A stretch of DNA of 63,974 nucleotides, counting the filler, from Octopus bimaculoides (Eukaryota): the NCBI RefSeq assembly GCF_001194135.2. It is 5 parts of 5 records of this genome, joined end to end, with 100 filler letters (N's around TTAATTAATTAA, not from the genome) between each part and the next. Parts side by side here need not be neighbours in the genome. Positions count along the whole stretch, not along the records: positions 62,927 to 63,974 come from NW_026410429.1; 4 more parts are not named here. The stretch is one strand, 5' to 3'. Made by a program: the position numbers and the translations under genes. Within the stretch, counting starts at the first letter, position 1. Each line of letters starts with the position of its first letter. The notes under the pieces were generated by a model, which saw only the letters and a list, made by a program, of their open reading frames with translations, was not told the origin of the DNA and did not search any database. Below are positions 63,577 through 63,974 of the stretch, one piece after another.

Positions 63577-63974
63577 TGAAAATCGTATTTGAAAAAGATG
63601 TGTGACTATTTTTTTTCTGTTGTTATCATGGTGAAGGACGAATTAGAAATAACTTACAATTCCCGCCAATTAGAATGAGGTATGTATGTATATATGTATG
63701 TAGTATTAAAATGAAACCATTAAAGTGAAACTGTCATTACAGTATCGAAATGTGATTGTTTCAGTTTTGATACTGAAATAGTTTTCTTTTACTGTCAGTG
63801 TTTCTCCTTTTTTTCTTTTTGTATTTGTTGTTGGATGGTTCGTAAAGGTTCATAAGAGAAAGTAGGAGTTGAAAGGATTTGTATTAGAAAGAGGAAATTA
63901 GATCTTATTAGGGAGAAAATGTTTACTTCTGTAGTTTTATGGATTTTATTCGTTATTAGGAATTTTTTTGAGTG

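Overview
Eukaryotic, AT-rich, repeat-dense genomic scaffold with roughly 5-6 kb of N gaps. The SINE, microsatellite and LINE inventory looks like an octopus (coleoid cephalopod) draft assembly; this is inferred from repeat families I recognise and was not confirmed by a search. I find no intact protein-coding gene, and no true rRNA, tRNA or CRISPR locus. Almost all ORF-track entries are microsatellite translations, N-spanning artefacts or reverse frames of repeats. Working names for the interspersed repeats: family A = tRNA-headed SINE with a central (TG/TA)n and an AAAAGAGT tail; family B = composite element with a variable internal tandem array and a (GAT)n tail; families C and D = two further tRNA-headed SINEs; family E = ~550 bp element bounded by (TAA)n. 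The window also holds decayed RTE and R4/Dong LINE fragments, a mariner fragment, Tc1/mariner and piggyBac-type MITEs and a Helentron-type HINE. Most interesting: (1) three family-B copies carry local inverted (foldback) duplications; (2) two tandem decayed gag-like CCHC zinc-knuckle ORFs have no RT; (3) a (TAA)n cluster holds a Dong-type LINE plus three family-E copies; (4) a perfect-consensus AG|GTAAGT recursive-splice-like site lies on the minus strand; (5) a telomere-like tract sits inside a probable MITE. All mechanistic readings are hypotheses.
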